A stretch of DNA of 63,694 nt, filler included, from Octopus bimaculoides (taxonomy: Eukaryota): the NCBI RefSeq assembly GCF_001194135.2. It is 5 parts of 5 records of this genome, joined end to end, with 100 filler letters (N's around TTAATTAATTAA, not from the genome) between each part and the next. Parts side by side here need not be neighbours in the genome. Positions count along the whole stretch, not along the records: positions 62,162 to 63,694 come from NC_068997.1; 4 more parts are not named here. One strand, 5' to 3'. The translations under genes and the position numbers were made by a program. Below the pieces are notes generated by a model, which worked only from the letters and a program-made list of their open reading frames with translations, did no database searches and was not told the origin of the DNA. This document shows, piece after piece, positions 63,448 through 63,694 of the stretch. Position 1 is the first letter of the stretch; the number at the start of each line of letters is the position of its first letter.

Positions 63448-63694
63448 ATCATCATCATCATCATTTAACGTCCGCCTTCCATGCTAGCATGGGTTGGACG
63501 ATTTGACTGAGGACTGGTGAAACCGGATGGCAACACCAGGCTCCAATCTAATTTGGCAGAGTTTCTACAGCTGGATGCCCTTCCTAACGCCAATCACTCA
63601 GAGAGTGTAGTGGGTGCTTTTACGTGTCACCCGCACGAAAACGGCCACGCTCGAAATGGTGTCTTTTATGTGCCACCCGCACAAGAGCCAGTCC
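63448..63694 (-). mobile_element. Second copy of the RTE-tailed retroposon (runs off the window)
   Basis: catcatcatttaacgtccgccttccatgctagcatgggttgg ... cagctggatgcccttcctaacgccaa. Confidence 0.8.

Noticed and set aside
63507-63525. CTGAGGA...GAAAC in the RTE-type tail, as a hammerhead
   Set aside because: Only 5 nt separate the motifs, so stem II cannot form, and the first copy lacks GAAA.

Overview
This is an AT-rich, microsatellite-dense eukaryotic window with many N-gaps. Its repeat content points to a cephalopod (octopus) genome, which is an inference from SINE types. No complete protein-coding gene can be supported, and nearly all ORFs in the track come from microsatellites or N-runs. 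Most of the window is mobile-element debris. There are three or four tRNA-derived SINE families: A has a CORE-like domain and a tail shared with a LINE; B has one body with three alternative 3' tails; C and an RTE-tailed family with a 65-bp minisatellite complete the set. There are also relics of R4/Dong, CR1/L2, Tx1/L1 and Penelope retroelements, Tc1, mariner and hAT transposons, two ~570-bp fold-back elements, and a miniature LTR retrotransposon (19268-20550, minus) with a tRNA-Ser(GCT) primer-binding site. Best leads: (1) a perfect polypyrimidine-CAG|GTAAGT junction at 19662/19661 on the minus strand, inside the LTR element, which could be a recursive splice site or the donor of an LTR-driven first exon; (2) a NIT-domain-like segment at 39101; (3) a minimal hammerhead-ribozyme core at 53574-53611; (4) actin-family motifs in order at 5580-6430, overlapping a signal-peptide-like candidate exon; (5) modular SINE tail swapping and SINE-into-SINE insertions. 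All coding calls are by-eye hypotheses that need homology searches and RNA-seq.
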